Of a stretch of 64,000 bases of DNA, positions 44,908 to 58,646 are shown piece by piece. Every line of letters begins with the position of its first letter. The stretch's first letter is position 1. Source of the DNA: Octopus vulgaris (taxonomy: Eukaryota). The stretch covers positions 2,046,001 through 2,110,000 of the forward strand of contig OX597820.1 in assembly GCA_951406725.2 (NCBI GenBank). Reading direction: 5' to 3'. Made by a program: the position numbers and the translations under genes. The notes beneath the pieces are model-generated. The model saw only the letters and a list, made by a program, of their open reading frames with translations. It had not been told where the DNA came from and searched no databases.

Positions 44908-47513
44908 CCTTCAGAAGTAACTATTGAGGTTGATATGTCTGACTAAATCCTTCAAGTGGTGTCCCAGAATGGCTGCAGTCCAGTGACTGAAGCAAGTAAA
45001 AGATTAAAAACAGAATTTTGGTAACCAATACCTTTATTATTTTCTCACCAAAAGATTAAAAGCGCTTGGGATCATCGTTTGATAGATAAAATATCGGCTT
45101 TAGTTGACTAAGTGTTGGTTCTAATCAAAATGTTAAGAGTCTCTGCAGTCAAATTCGAAAGACCAAGTTTCGACAATCGTTTCCAACTGTACTTGAAAGT
45201 CTTAGATGTCTTTATGACAGAGATTATGGAAATAGCTTTCCCAAAACAGAATAAATGCTATTTGAAATTTTAGGCTTTTAAAAATGGGAAAAGTTCAAAA
45301 ATTGAAAATTTGTCGGAAAGTCATCAAATCTTAAAGCAGCCATGAACAATATTGGCTTAAGCTATGAGGCTGAAAGTTTCAGGGAATCTTTCTTTTGTAG
45401 AAATAAACAATGCTGAAAATTTGAAAAAGATTTGAGAAGATTGCCGACAAATCTGTGTTGAATTTGATTGGAATACTTCTTAAGCGACTTTTGATGCTTT
45501 CTAACAAGATTCAAGTGTTATGCTTTCGGCTACTAAAAAAATTTCTTGGTTGCGTTTTGTTCAAGAAAACACCGAATGCATTTGCGTGGAAGATAATAAT
45601 ATTCTTCAATTATTTTTATTAATTCAGGAAGAATATTCAACTACTGAATCTCCATCTGCTTGTGGCTAACGTGGCAAATGACAACCTTCTGCTGTTATTT
45701 GCCAGATTTTTCAATCCTGTAAATTTTTTTGTTTTGATTTTCTTCGTTTTTCTTTTTCTTAAATTTCCAAAGCAACCATTACTGACCTAAAGTGTTAGTC
45801 ATTTCTTGATATTTTGCTTGATTAAATCGAGTAAAAAAAAGGCTAATGGATTCGATTATAACATTATTAGTATCAGCTGGAATTCATCTCTGATAATACA
45901 GCCTTCTCACTAAAGTGTATAACAAATCTTTCACTTGAACCAGCCATTACGGCACTTCTGTTCCGAGGACATTGCACAAATCATGTGGATGCCATTTTAC
46001 TTTATATCCAGTGTAGCGATTTCGAATTCCCCTATTCAGATTACTTCCCGGTAACTTGAAATCACATCCGGATTACCGGGAGTAGGATGAAATAGATCTT
46101 AAATTACTCTCGGGAGTAATCTGAAATCGATTTCATCCTACCCCTTATGATTTCAAATTACCCCCCTCAACCCCCCCCCCCAAATGTTCGTCGCCCTCAT
46201 GGTAAATAAAAGAATTATAATTTTTATTATTATAATTTTTTTTTTGCTGTAACTTATAATTACAATAACTATCAATTCAACCCATCATTTGCATATAAAC
46301 ACATACCTCATTTGCATATGAGCAGATCTCATTTGCATTTAAGAATGTATAAATACGTTTGGTTTCCATTTCAAACGGATTGATATATCTTGCTTTATGC
46401 AGTAGATACAGTTTGTTTGCATCTCAATGTCTATTCACGTATTTTGTTTAGTCTAAAAATATATTTTTGTAATTATATTTTATCTTTGATAAATCCGAAC
46501 AGAAATAACAGTTTTAAATTATCGAAAGTAATTTTTTTATTTTTAAATCCTGCAGACTCGGAATCTCTGATTTTCAAAGTGGTTCTTGTAAAGGTATCAT
46601 TAAAATGGTAGAGGATGTTTAAAATCCAATATTTTCTTCATTTTTCATCTTTTTTATCTTTCTTTTTTTCCACATCTTAAGAATTAGTCTGCAGTATTGA
46701 ACGTTACACGTGTTTGATAATACAAAAGTATGAGGCTGCACGCAGGCTGGCAAAATCGTTAGCTCGCCGAGCAAAATGCTAAGCGGCATTTCGTCTGTCT
46801 TCTGGGTTCAAATTCCGCCGATGTCGACTTTGCTTTTCATCCTTTTGGTGATTAATAAAATAAGTACCAGTGAAGCACTGGGGTCCATGTAACTGACTTA
46901 CACCCTCTTCCGAAATTACTACCCTTGTACCAAAATTTGAAACCAACGAAACCAATGACGAGCCGGCAGAATCGTTGACACTCCGGACAAAATGCTTAGC
47001 GGCATTTCGTCCGTCTTTACTTCTGAGTTCAAATTCCACCGAGATCTACTTTGCCTTTCATCCTTTTCGGGGTTAATAAAATAAGTACCAGTTGAGGACT
47101 GGGGTTGAGGTAATCGACTAGCCCCCACCTCCCTCAAAATTTCAGGCTTTGTCTCTATAGCAGTAAGGGTTATTACCAAAACATCGATAGTTTGTTAACG
47201 TTAGAATTTATTATTTTAGCGAAATCAGACGCCTTCAGAAGTAACTACTGAGGTCGATATGTCTGACTAAATCCTTCAAGTCGTGTCCCAGAATGGCTGC
47301 AGTCCAATGACTGAAGCAAGTAAAGAATTCAAAATAAAGGTAAGTATGTGCTGCAAACGAATTTTGAAACAGAATTTTGGTAACCAATACCTTTATTATT
47401 TAATCACCAAAATATTAAAAGCCCTTGGGATCATCGTTAGATAGATACAACATCAGCTGCAGTTTACCAAGTGTTGATTCTAATCAAAATGTTAAGAGTC
47501 ATTGCAGTCAAAT
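44908..47513. repeat. Local dispersed direct duplication of about 250 bp (44908-45153 and 47232-47513)
   Basis: Both copies share a SINE-A tail plus unique flank (AAACAGAATTTTGGTAACCAATACC...TGCAGTCAAAT); the second copy has an extra ~30 bp. Confidence 0.85.
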
Positions 47514-47785
47514 GACTCCTGCACTATGAACAGTGCAGGGGTAATTTGAAATCACGTTTAGGTTATTCCAGGGAGTAATTTGAAGCTGAAATGAGGTTGG
47601 GTGGAATAACTTGAAGTTTTTACATCAGGTAATAACTCACTTTGCCGCAGACTCTTCGTATTGTTGGCTTAGCAATGCTTAACTCTCAGCCGATCTTAGC
47701 TACGTTTTCGCAGACTTGACAACTACATAAAATTCTCTGCATGAAACCAGTGGTTACCTTGTTAACTAATGAATAATATGTATGC

Positions 47786-47830
<45 letters not shown>

Positions 47831-47846
47831 TATATGTTCGCAAGTT

Positions 47847-47888
<42 letters not shown>

Positions 47889-49320
47889 AACATGCGAACA
47901 TGTACGTACACATATATACATATATTTATATATATGCATAGTCTGCTCCAAAACAATATTGCAACGAGAGGTTTAAGCATATTTCACATACAGGTATACA
48001 CGACCCACCACCAGGTGGCATGATTGAACAGTTACGAAGGTCGCTTTGCCACCGTTTGATCGTGAGTTCAATCCCCCTCCGTGGAACCGTCGCTTATACG
48101 CATGTGTGTACACCTTTGTGTTTGGGTTTGTCCGCCACCATCGCTTAACACTCAGTGTTGGTTTGAATGCATCTCCATAACTTAGCGATTCGGTCAGAAG
48201 AGACCGACAGAATAAATACCTGATTTAAAAATTAAGCGCAGCTATTTGAGGGCAGTGCTCAAGCATGGCCGCAGTCGAATGACAAGAACAAGTAGAAGAC
48301 AGTCACACACGCATGCACACATATACACGCCCACACACATAAACTACAAGGTTTATAATTTTAGATGTTTTGACCGCATTTTATATGCACAAGAAGGCGG
48401 CGAACTGGCAGTGTGGTTAGCACGCCGGGCGAAATGCGTAGCCGTATTTCGTCTGCCGTTACGTTCTGAGTTCAAATTCCGCCGAGGTCGATTTTGCCTT
48501 TCAACCTTTCGGGGTCGATAAATTAAGTACCAGTTACGTACTGGGGTCGATCTAATCTACTGGCCCCGCCTCCCCCAAAAGTTAGGACCTTGTGCCTAGA
48601 GTAGAAAAGATTGTATATGTAAAAAAGTATTTACCATGGCGAATTTACTCGCTCGTGTACGTTATTCTAATTGCTGCTGATATTATTTTGTTAACACATT
48701 TAAAATTATTGGCATTTTTAAAATTATTTTGTACGTGTTAGTTTTGTAGTTGATTTTACTGGTCGATGATGATACATAGAATCAAAATGTAGAATCTAGA
48801 AAGTCCAGTGGCAGAAAATGTAGAAATAACAGCTAAGTGGTGGTTTTCAGTCCCGTGGCATAGAGAAATAGACGGACATAGCAATGACGTGAATAGCTCT
48901 AAGTCTAATCGACTAAGAATCGAAAAGCTGGGTTGTTAGCAAGCTGTTTTTATTAATGGAACGCTAGACATTCTAGAAACTTCCAAGAGAAACACTAAGG
49001 TTCTTGAATAATTAAGAATCACGTCTCATGACACAGATGCTTCGAGAAACTTAGAAAGGGAAGTTACTCTATAATCTTTCTTGCAAGGGAGATCATTCAA
49101 CTATTTAGCTACCGCTATACTTTCATTTGTTTTGTGTTATTATATTTGCTATTCGATAGAGGGTTGTGTCCACAATTCATAATAACACAACTTATGGTGT
49201 AAACAATCCACCTTCATTTCTAATTAGATCCGGGTCATTTTAGAACAACTAATGAAAACCAACACCTAGCGGGTAGCATTAAATCTAGCTAAATGGAATA
49301 ATCTCACGTATTTAAGCTTA

Positions 49321-49639
49321 TTTCTAAAAGATAACGTGTATTGAATGGCACAACAGAGTGGGCTATAAGAACTGTTGTAAATTAATTAATCATAAACTGA
49401 TATAATAATAATATTTCGGATTACAAAAATTCCTTCTTCAGATATTGCTAGGAATTTTGTAACCGTTGGAAAACCGATTGTATCAGTGACTCGCTCAATT
49501 CCTAGCAATATCTGAAGAAGGAATTTTTTGTATTCCGAAATATTATTATCATATCAGACTATAGATAATTAAATTATAACAGTTATTTACAGTCCACTCT
49601 GCATTGTTGTGCCATTCAAGACACTTTATCATTTAGAAA
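49321..49639. mobile_element. Diverged foldback (about 140-bp arms) with a hammerhead-like motif on each arm
   Basis: 49321-49456 vs 49497-49639. CTGAAGA-A-GGAAT-loop-ATTCC-GAAA-TATT at 49512-49544(+) and 49410-49441(-); stem I is weak. Confidence 0.75.
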
Positions 49640-50059
49640 CAATATACAATGCTTCAAGCGAACTACAATACTCTATTATCTTATTTCTCTTGCAACTATG
49701 CATATTTTTAATTAAAAGACATTATTAGACTCCCTGAGCTGGCACACCGGACAAAATGCTTAGCTTCAATACATTGAGTTTGGTTGCAACAAAACCGTTA
49801 GGCTTGTGACAAGCATTGCTACGTTTCTGAAATGCTATTGCGCAATAATAAATCGTAATAAATCGTAATCAATTATTTGGTTTTACATAACAATAATATT
49901 AACGCTATTAATAAATTAATGCATCGCTGGAGAAAATGTCTAGAATTGATGAAAATAAAAATAAAACATGATCAGTCATCATTATGATAAATGAATCAAA
50001 GTTTAGAAATAAAATAGGATGGAAGATTCTCAAAGTTATTTCATTTACAAAGTTTGCTT

Positions 50060-50660
50060 TCTCATCTCAGCTCATATTCTTCGCCGCCCACTTATTCCTG
50101 GCAGAGTCATGGGGGTGGGGGAGTGTCCTCGAGCATCCCTTCCATCAGGTCCTGTCAGAAGCAACCATCTCCAGTTGATCTGTCTTGATCCCCAAGCTAG
50201 ACCAATCGCGTTCATGCATGTTACCCAACCATCTTGTTCGCCGTCTACCCCTGAGTTACCTCCCAGTTGCTTTTTGTCTGTAAAACCTGTCCAGCGATTC
50301 TTTCCTGAGACATTCTTACCACATGTTCGTAGTATAGGAATTGTGATCTCTCAATTCGGATAAGTTGCGGCTCTACCTGGAGTGCATCTCTGATCTCCGA
50401 GTTACCACTCTATCGAGTAACGTTACTCCAAAACCCCTTCAAAGGAACCCCATCTCGGCTGCTTGATTCGCGATCGTATTCTTGCAGCCAAGACTCATGA
50501 ACATTGGTAAGTGTGGACACAAACACCGAATTGAAGTTAAGTTTGGCTTTTACACCTCTCCACCTTCTTCTGATGACCGAATACTGCAGCTGGGGCATTA
50601 CTGCACCAGTTCCTGCAATTTTTGCACTTAATTCAGCCTCCTACCTTTCATCACTCTTGA
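50060..50660 (-). pseudogene. Decayed RTE-clade LINE 3' fragment
   Basis: Minus translation gives KAKL.F.SVFVSTL..HESW and an R-S-Q-...-HVVRM..ERI-like segment typical of RTE ORF C-termini; many stops and frameshifts. Confidence 0.6.
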
Positions 50661-51371
50661 AAACGGCCCCGAAAGGGTTTCATAAAGCCTACGCGTAATA
50701 AATATTTTGCTCTTTCTGTACTCTTTAAGGAAACTTTACAAGTTATAGTAGCTATGCCAGGTTACTTTAATAAAAATAAGGGAATAAGCTAAGGAATCCT
50801 AAATATTCGTGAGAAACACCAATTTTCTTCAGACACTGATTCAGAACAACGGTATGAGAATAATTCTTCGTATCAAAATAGCATTTTTTAAAATCGATAT
50901 TTGATTTTAGTGTCATAGTAATTCAGTTAAAAGATGTTTCCGTTGAGTAATTTGAAGGATAATTCTAGTTATAAATCATAATTTATTTAGCTAAACAGCT
51001 TAACACTGTCGCACCGTATTCCCGGTGTATTCCGGGAATCATTTAGACGAAAACTCTATTGGACATCCGGTAAAGCGGCAATGAACAATACACACAGAAA
51101 AAGAAGATAAAATACTAAAACTAGACAACTAATCACATTACAGCTTCGAAGTTAATTTACCCCTCGTTGTTAATGGTCTGTTAGTTTTAATGGTCTGTTA
51201 GATTTTATGGTCTGTTAATTTTAATGGTCTGTTAGTTTTAATCGATAAAAAAAATTTAAATAACACCGACTTTGCGATGAAATGAACATGTAATGAACCC
51301 AGCGGTTGTCTTGCAAAAGAGCAAGCCCAGACATTTTGTAGTTGAGGAAAATATTGATGACGTTCCTTGGA

Positions 51372-52157
51372 AGGGCGGCGAGCTGGCAGAAACGTTAACA
51401 CACCGGGCGAAATGCTTAGCGGTATTTCGTCTGCCGCTACGTTCTGAGTTCAAATTCCGCCGAGGTCGACTTTGCCATTCATCCTTTCGGGGTCGATTAA
51501 ATAAGTACCAGTTACTCACTGGGGTCGATATAATCAACTTAATCCCTTTGTCTGTCTTTGTTTATCCTCTCTGTGTGTAGCCCCTTGTGGGTAGTAAAGA
51601 AGTAGGTATTTCGTCTGCCGCTACGTTCTGAGTTCAAATTCCGCCGAGGTCGACTTTGCCATTCATCCTTTCGGGGTCGATTAAATAAGTACCAGTTACT
51701 CACTGGGGTCGATATAATCAACTTAATCCCTTTGTCTGTCTTTGTTTATCCTCTCTGTGTGTAGCCCCTTGTGTGTAGTAAAGAAGTAGGTATTTCGTCT
51801 GCCGCTACGTTCTGAGTTCAAATTCCGCCGAGGTCGACTTTGCCATTCATCCTTTCGGGGTCGATCAAATAAGTACCAGTTACGCACTGGGGTCGATATA
51901 ATCGACTTAATCCCTTTGTCTGTCTTTGTTTATCCTCTCTGTGTGTAGCCCCTTGTGGGTAGTAAAGAAGTAGGTATTTCGTCTGCCGCTACGTTCTGAG
52001 TTCAAATTCCGCCGAGGTCGACTTTGCCATTCATCCTTTCGGGGTCGATCAAATAAGTACCAGTTACTCACTGGGGTCGATATAATCGACTTAATCCCTT
52101 TGTCTGTCCTTGTTTTTCTCCTCTATGTTTAGCCCTCATGTGGGCAATAAAGAAATA
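51372..52157 (+). repeat. SINE-B-derived tandem array: one head followed by four 184-bp units
   Basis: Unit starts (GGTATTTCGTCTGCCG) at 51421, 51605, 51789 and 51973; near-identical copies. Confidence 0.95.
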
Positions 52158-53379
52158 GATATTTATTCTTTGGATGAAGAGTTCACCCTTACGCCGACAA
52201 TAAGAGTGATTCAGACATTCAAACTGTTGAAAGTGAAGAGGAAAGTAATGAGACGAATGAACGAATACGGTTGTTGAGCGATCGGCCAATTATTGATATT
52301 CTCACGGATTTTTTTTTTTTTTTTTTGTGAATCTGTCCACAATCGATAATCTTGAACGGTATATGCAACTATTTATCTGTTTACTAAGGAGCCCAGGTGG
52401 AAGGTAAAGTTAGACACCGGTGCCCGAGTGTGAGAGGATTAATTTTCATTTGGCAACAGTAATCTCATTATCAGCCAGTACCAGTCGCTCTGACAAGAAA
52501 CCTCAAACAACAGAAACCAATGAAATGATTGCAGTTTATTTGCTCACACAGCAATTATCATAAATGGAAAGAAACAACAATTGTCACGCTCTGGCCGAGG
52601 TCATCAGGTCCACCTTTTTTGTAGCCACCGCCAGAATCTACAACCGTACAAAGAAACAGAGAGCTTCTATGTGGTCATCCGTTCTGCGAAAATAGTAGCT
52701 GAATCGTCATCAAATTTCACCCTATTGTCTTTAAAAGAGAAGGGCACATGAGATAAGATAGTCCCCAATATGCAAAATGCCAGGATAGGCTTTTATATGT
52801 AAGATATACATGAGTCGTGGACAATTTTTTTAAAAAATAGATGTGGCTGTGTGGTAAGAAGTTTACTTCCTAACCACACGGTTCCTGGTTCAGTCCCACT
52901 GTGTGGCACCTTGCGCAACTGTCTTCTATTATAGCTTTATGAGTGGATTTGGTGAAGCCTTGTGAGTTGAATTGGTAGGCAGAAACTGAAAGAAGCCCAT
53001 CATATGTGTGTTTTTGTGTCTTTGTTTATCCCTCACCACCGCTTGACAACCACTGTTGGTGTGTTTACGTCCTCGTAACTTAGCGGCTTGGCAATACAAC
53101 CGACGATAGAATAAACACCAGGCTTGAGAAAAAAAAAAGAAATCCTGGGGTTGATTTCCTCGACTAAAAATGCTTCAAGGTGGTGCCCCAGCATGGCCGC
53201 AGCCTAATGACTGAAACCAGTAAAAACAAACAAAAAACAGAAGACCATTCCAAAATGAAGTTACTGATCCTTTAGTATACAAGAGTGGGGAAGAACTTTC
53301 GAACTAGATTAACTGAATATTTTGTTTCGTTTTGGGATTTGGTTTGCAAGATTCTTTATTTGAGTTCGTGTGTTGAAGC

Positions 53380-53668
53380 ATATTCTCTTGTGTCTGGGGA
53401 GAGTCATTTTCTTTTTGTGCCTTATAATTTAACACACTCACCGGTAAAATTCCCACTTATTTTTTATTTTTATTTTCCTAAAATTTTCGCTGCGCCTTGC
53501 AACCTTTTCAACAGTTTTGACTCTCTTTCAAGACCATTGAAAAGGTTGCAAGGCGCAATGAAAATTTTAGGAAAATAAAAATAAGAAATAAGTGGGAATT
53601 TTACCGGTGAGTGTGTTAAATTATAAGGCACAAAAAGAAAATGACTCTCCCGAGACACAAGAGAATAT
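53380..53668. mobile_element. Near-perfect palindrome (about 135-bp arms) with a U3-A8 hammerhead variant on each arm
   Basis: Minus 53478-53514: CTG-TTGAAAA-G-GTTGC-AAGGC-GCAGC-GAAA-AT-TT-TAG; plus copy 53534-53570. Confidence 0.75.
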
Positions 53669-54120
53669 TTTGTACTTAACTTTTACAACCGAAGCTACAA
53701 GTACACCGCGGAGTTTCAAATAAAAAGTGCTGAGAAAATGAACCAAAACCGTTACAACTCTCACCAAAAGTTCAACGAGAACAGGTGATTGCCGTTCGAG
53801 ATTGCCATTGGATGCATAAATTTCACAGCAGTAGCATAATATTTAATTCACGCAAGATTTTCCAGTACAAACTCGATACTTAATACATCAATTATAAATT
53901 ATTATCAACTTGTCAAAGGAATCCTACTTTCTTTTTTCTGTCGTGACAGAACTTAAAATATCGAAAATGTGTTGTGTGTGTGTGTGTGTGCATCTATGCG
54001 TGTGTGATGGTGCGAGGCCAAGTGATTGTGGTGTTCAGTTCACAGTCATAAGGCCGTGAGGTCGATTTCCAGCAGCGGATTGTGCCCTTGAGCAAGACAC
54101 TTTATTTCATTGTGCCCCAA

Positions 54121-54168
<48 letters not shown>

Positions 54169-54204
54169 CACATATATATATATGTGTATATATATATGTA
54201 TGTA

Positions 54205-54309
<105 letters not shown>

Positions 54310-54351
54310 TCGTACATACATATACACACACACACATATAATGTCTTTGTA

Positions 54352-54478
54352 AATTAAAGCTATCATTGGTTTCATGTTGAGAAGAGTAGGAGAAGATCCA
54401 AGTATCTTAACAAATTTTCAAGCCGATACTTGAATATTCTCACATTCTTTTAACATGAAACCAATGGTAGCCTTAATT
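54352..54478. mobile_element. Diverged foldback with a second, unrelated U3-A8 hammerhead-like motif (minus 54358-54424)
   Basis: GGC-TTGAAAA-TT-TGTTAAGA...TCTCAACA-T-GAAA-CCAATGA-TA-GCT; the right arm retains GAAA-CCAATGG-TA-GCC. Confidence 0.55.
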
Positions 54479-55278
54479 CCCAAATAAAGAAATTATTCAT
54501 CCACCAATGCAGTGTTGTGCACTCATTCCAACGTTCTACATTTACGTATATATATAATGCAATAATAATAACGATAGAGAATATGGAGACAGGTATATCC
54601 TCAGAATTTATCTCCTGCTATTTTACAACGTCACACAGCATACTTTTATGGTTACGACAACCTACACGTGTTTCACCTGCACTGAGTATGAGCAATCCCA
54701 TATGCAGCCTGGCATACTTTTCTGTGCACCTTCATTCAGGATTTTTCAACCAGCTTGGCTCGAAGCGAACTGAATTCAGATAGTTGTTTTATTGGTTAGG
54801 ATTTAGTGGGGAAGTGAGGGGAATGTGTTGTGAATCTGAAATCTGATCTGTTTGTAAACTTGTGTGTATAGGAAGTTAGTGAGATTCAGGCAATTAGATG
54901 GCTCGTGTAGGGAACAAAAAGGGAACGATATACGATAAAGGACATTCATTAACGTTGTCAGTTACACAATTCCTCCTACATCGAAGTTAAATGGAATTTC
55001 GATAAGTTCCATACAGCTCAAAGCTGCAAACAATGCGAATAAAAATTCAAAACATTTTTGGAACATAGGTATGTATGTATGATCAGATTGGAGCAATCTC
55101 AAGGATAATCAGCCGAAATTGCGAGGATAATCTGGTGCTTGACTGAGGAAAGAAAACTTCGAATGACCCGTCCTTGTTTCCTTGTATCGTCTATCTGGAT
55201 GTTTTGTTGTCCCTTTTTGTATCACCTAGCTGGCCGGATGTTTTGCGTTCTTGTCCCATTTTGTATTATATATATATA

Positions 55279-56098
55279 CTAGCTTAAGGTGCCCCGCTCT
55301 ACGCGCGGGTAAGAGTGTGGTTGTTGCTTTCTGTTGCTTCCTTTCTGTTTTTTATCACCACATTCTCCCTCTTTGTTTCTCTCTCCTTTCTCTCTCACTT
55401 TCCCACTCTTTTGCTCCTCCTTTCTCTCCAACTCTCCCTCGCTTTCTCTTACTCCCTATCTTTCTCTATCTATCTCTCTCCCATTTATAAACAACAAAAG
55501 ATCTTGAGTAAGTTGAGAAAGAAATATTTTGAAAGATTAATCATAAATATCAGGCAGTGACAACGGAAAGGTCTGCTTCATGGCAGACAGAAAAACACTA
55601 ACATTTAAAAGGGACAGACGAACTTGCGAGCTGAAAAAAAAATTGGAAACCAAAGTTTGAAGGGATAGAATCTGAGGATAGTAGAGTCACCATGGCTGGC
55701 ATTTCTTAACGACGGACAGCGACGTAGTGACAGTTTAATGGCCGGCGTAAAATTGTTTAGCTTGATGTAACAGAGAATTCCTAAACACCCACTCCTGTAA
55801 ATTTTAATCCCCTTCAAGTCCCATTTAGACCCCTTTTCACATTTTGGTTAATATAACCCGATTTCATTCAGGTCTACTCGGGCCTAATTTTATAAGATGA
55901 GGAATTTTGTCCTAGAGGTCACGCCTTTCATTTCAGGAAAAAAATAGTTGCCATACAAACTCGCCAGCACTTTTAACACAGGTGTTCATATTTTCAGCTC
56001 AACCGACCACATAATGCACACATTATATATATATATATATATACGCATTAAATATATATATATGTACACATATACGCATTATATATACAAATGTATAC

Positions 56099-56142
<44 letters not shown>

Positions 56143-56720
56143 CAGATATATACACTTTGTATATATACATTATATATACATATTTATATATAGAACACAC
56201 ACATATATATAAATTAACCCAATAATTATCTGGTTCATGATATTTGTTCTCATGATTGTGTGATGATGGTGACGATAATAATTCTCTCTATGAATGCAGA
56301 CAGACGTAGAGAAAGAGAGAGAGAGAGAGAGAAAGGATGCGGAAGAAAGAGTGAAGGCGGCGAGGGAAAGATAGTAGACACTGTCAAATGACATTATAGA
56401 GAGAAAGTGAAAGGAAGGGAGGAAAGAGCGAGAGATAGAGGAAGACAGACACATAAAAGTATGAGAGGAGACTTGTCAAAGTGTGCGTTTTTCGCCCTAG
56501 TAACGACACCTTTTAAGATGGGGATTTCTAACCTAGCCAACTCCTATCCTCACCTCATTTTACACGTGCCTGTAAATTTTGGAGTCAATCCGACGGGATC
56601 TAGTTCCCTTTAACACGTTCCTATGCCAAAACCAGACAAACATATTTTCAGCTCAACCGACCACATAATGTACACATTATATATATATACATTAAATATA
56701 TATAAGTACATATATACGCG

Positions 56721-56774
<54 letters not shown>

Positions 56775-58421
56775 ACGCATTATATATACAAATGTATACA
56801 AATTATATATATATACGTGAAGATCTCATTCTAATAAATTCAGTTTCTGTTCATTTTGGCGTCCATTCTTGCACAAAAACATCCGTAAAACAATGGTCAA
56901 CATCATCGAAATGGTCAACGTCATCGAAATATGATATTAGTATGTGAGAAAAACCAATGGCGAAACAACTCGGCTTGTTTTCTTTTTACGCTCTGCCATT
57001 TTGGAAAACCAGGCATATGGTGCTATATGTTGGAGTATCGGTTCAGCTAGCAATATATGCGGTTGCTTTTGTTGAGGTCTAAAGAAGACTGTTGTGTTTT
57101 TAAAGTTGTAGAGATATTTGATCCACCTTCTATATTCGCTCTGGAGAGGTAGAGACGGAGGAAGAAAAGGTCATATATGAAAGAGAGAAAACTTGTCAAA
57201 GTGTGCGTTTTTGGCCCTAGTAACCACACCTTTTAAGATAAGGATTTCTAACCTAGCCCACTCGTATCCTCGCCTTATTTTACGTGTCCCTGTAAATTTT
57301 GGAAGAAAGAGTAACAGAGAGACGGCGAAGCTGTCAAACGTAGTTATCGAAAGAACGTGAAGGGAAGGGGGAAAGAGAGAGATCGAGGAAGAAATGGTGA
57401 TATATGAAAGAGAGGACTGAAAAATGAAATATTTTGAAACCTAAAGATGATTTGGTTTACAATGAGAAAACGAATGAAATAGTTAAGAAGTAAATATTTC
57501 AGAACTGGAAATATTTCAAATTTACCGACAAATTTTTGTTAACGACGGTCGCCTTGAGCATACAAATAAATTCTTTAAAATCTTTTATCCATGCAAAATA
57601 ATAACATATCTTCTGATAAATAATATCTTTATAATTGTGCGGTGGTGGTGGGAGATAATAATTCACCTTTCTGAAAGACCTGTGGTGGGAATATTTAAAC
57701 TTTTGCGGCTGTCACGTTTCGTCTTTATAGATACAAACAGAAATACATTGAGAGACGCGTTGGAGAAGAAAGAGAGACGGTGGAGGTGTCAAACGTCGTT
57801 ATATAGAGAGAAATTGGAGGGAAGGGGGAAAAGAGAGAGATCGAGGAAGAAAAGGTGATATATGAAAGAGAGGACTGAAAAATGAAATATTTTGAAACTT
57901 AAAGATGATTTGTTTTAAGAGAAAGATTCTCATGGTGGTGGTGGTGGTGGTTGTGGCGATGATAATTCTCTCTATGAATGCAGACAGACGTAGAGAGAGA
58001 GAGAGTGACAGCGCCCGCGAAGCGGCGGAGGAAAGATAGTAGACACTATCAAACGACGTTATAGAGAGAAAGTGAAAGGAAGAGAGAATAGAGAGAGAGA
58101 TGGAGGAAGACAGGCAGATAATAGAATGCGATGGCGGCGGGGGAAAGATAATAGACGCTGTGAAACGACGTTATAGAGAGAAGGTGAAAGGAAGGGAGGA
58201 AAGAGAGAGAGAGATGGAGAAAGACAGACACATAAAAGAATGAGAGGAGACTTGTCAAAGTGTGCGTTTTTGGCCCTAGCAACGACACCTTTTAAGATGG
58301 GGGTTTACATGTCCCTGTAAATTTTGGAGTCAATCCGACGGGATCTAGTTGCCTTTGACTCGTTCTCAATGCCAAAACCAGACAAAGAAAATTTTTGCAT
58401 TTCAGAATTATAATATAGAGA
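55279..58421 (-). mobile_element. About 3.1-kb non-autonomous Helitron with shuffled internal duplications
   Basis: Minus 5' a|TCTCTATATTATAA at 58421; 3' hairpin CCCGCGCGTAGAGCGGG then CTAG|t at 55279. Internal modules repeated 2-3 times. Confidence 0.75.
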
Positions 58422-58561
58422 TAATATACATATGTAAGTGTATGTATGTGAACGAACGTACGTACGTATGCATGTATATATGAATATATATGAATGAATG
58501 TATGCATGTATGTATGTGTGCATGTATGTATGTATGTATGTATGTATGTATGTATGTATGT

Positions 58562-58646
<85 letters not shown>

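Noticed and set aside
51170-51243. Four copies of a ~17-bp unit (TTAATGGTCTGTTAG..)
   Set aside because: Ordinary short minisatellite with no associated structure.
51421-52157. Regular repeat array as a possible CRISPR
   Set aside because: Units are 184 bp, contiguous, have no unique spacers and are SINE-derived; eukaryotic context with no cas genes.
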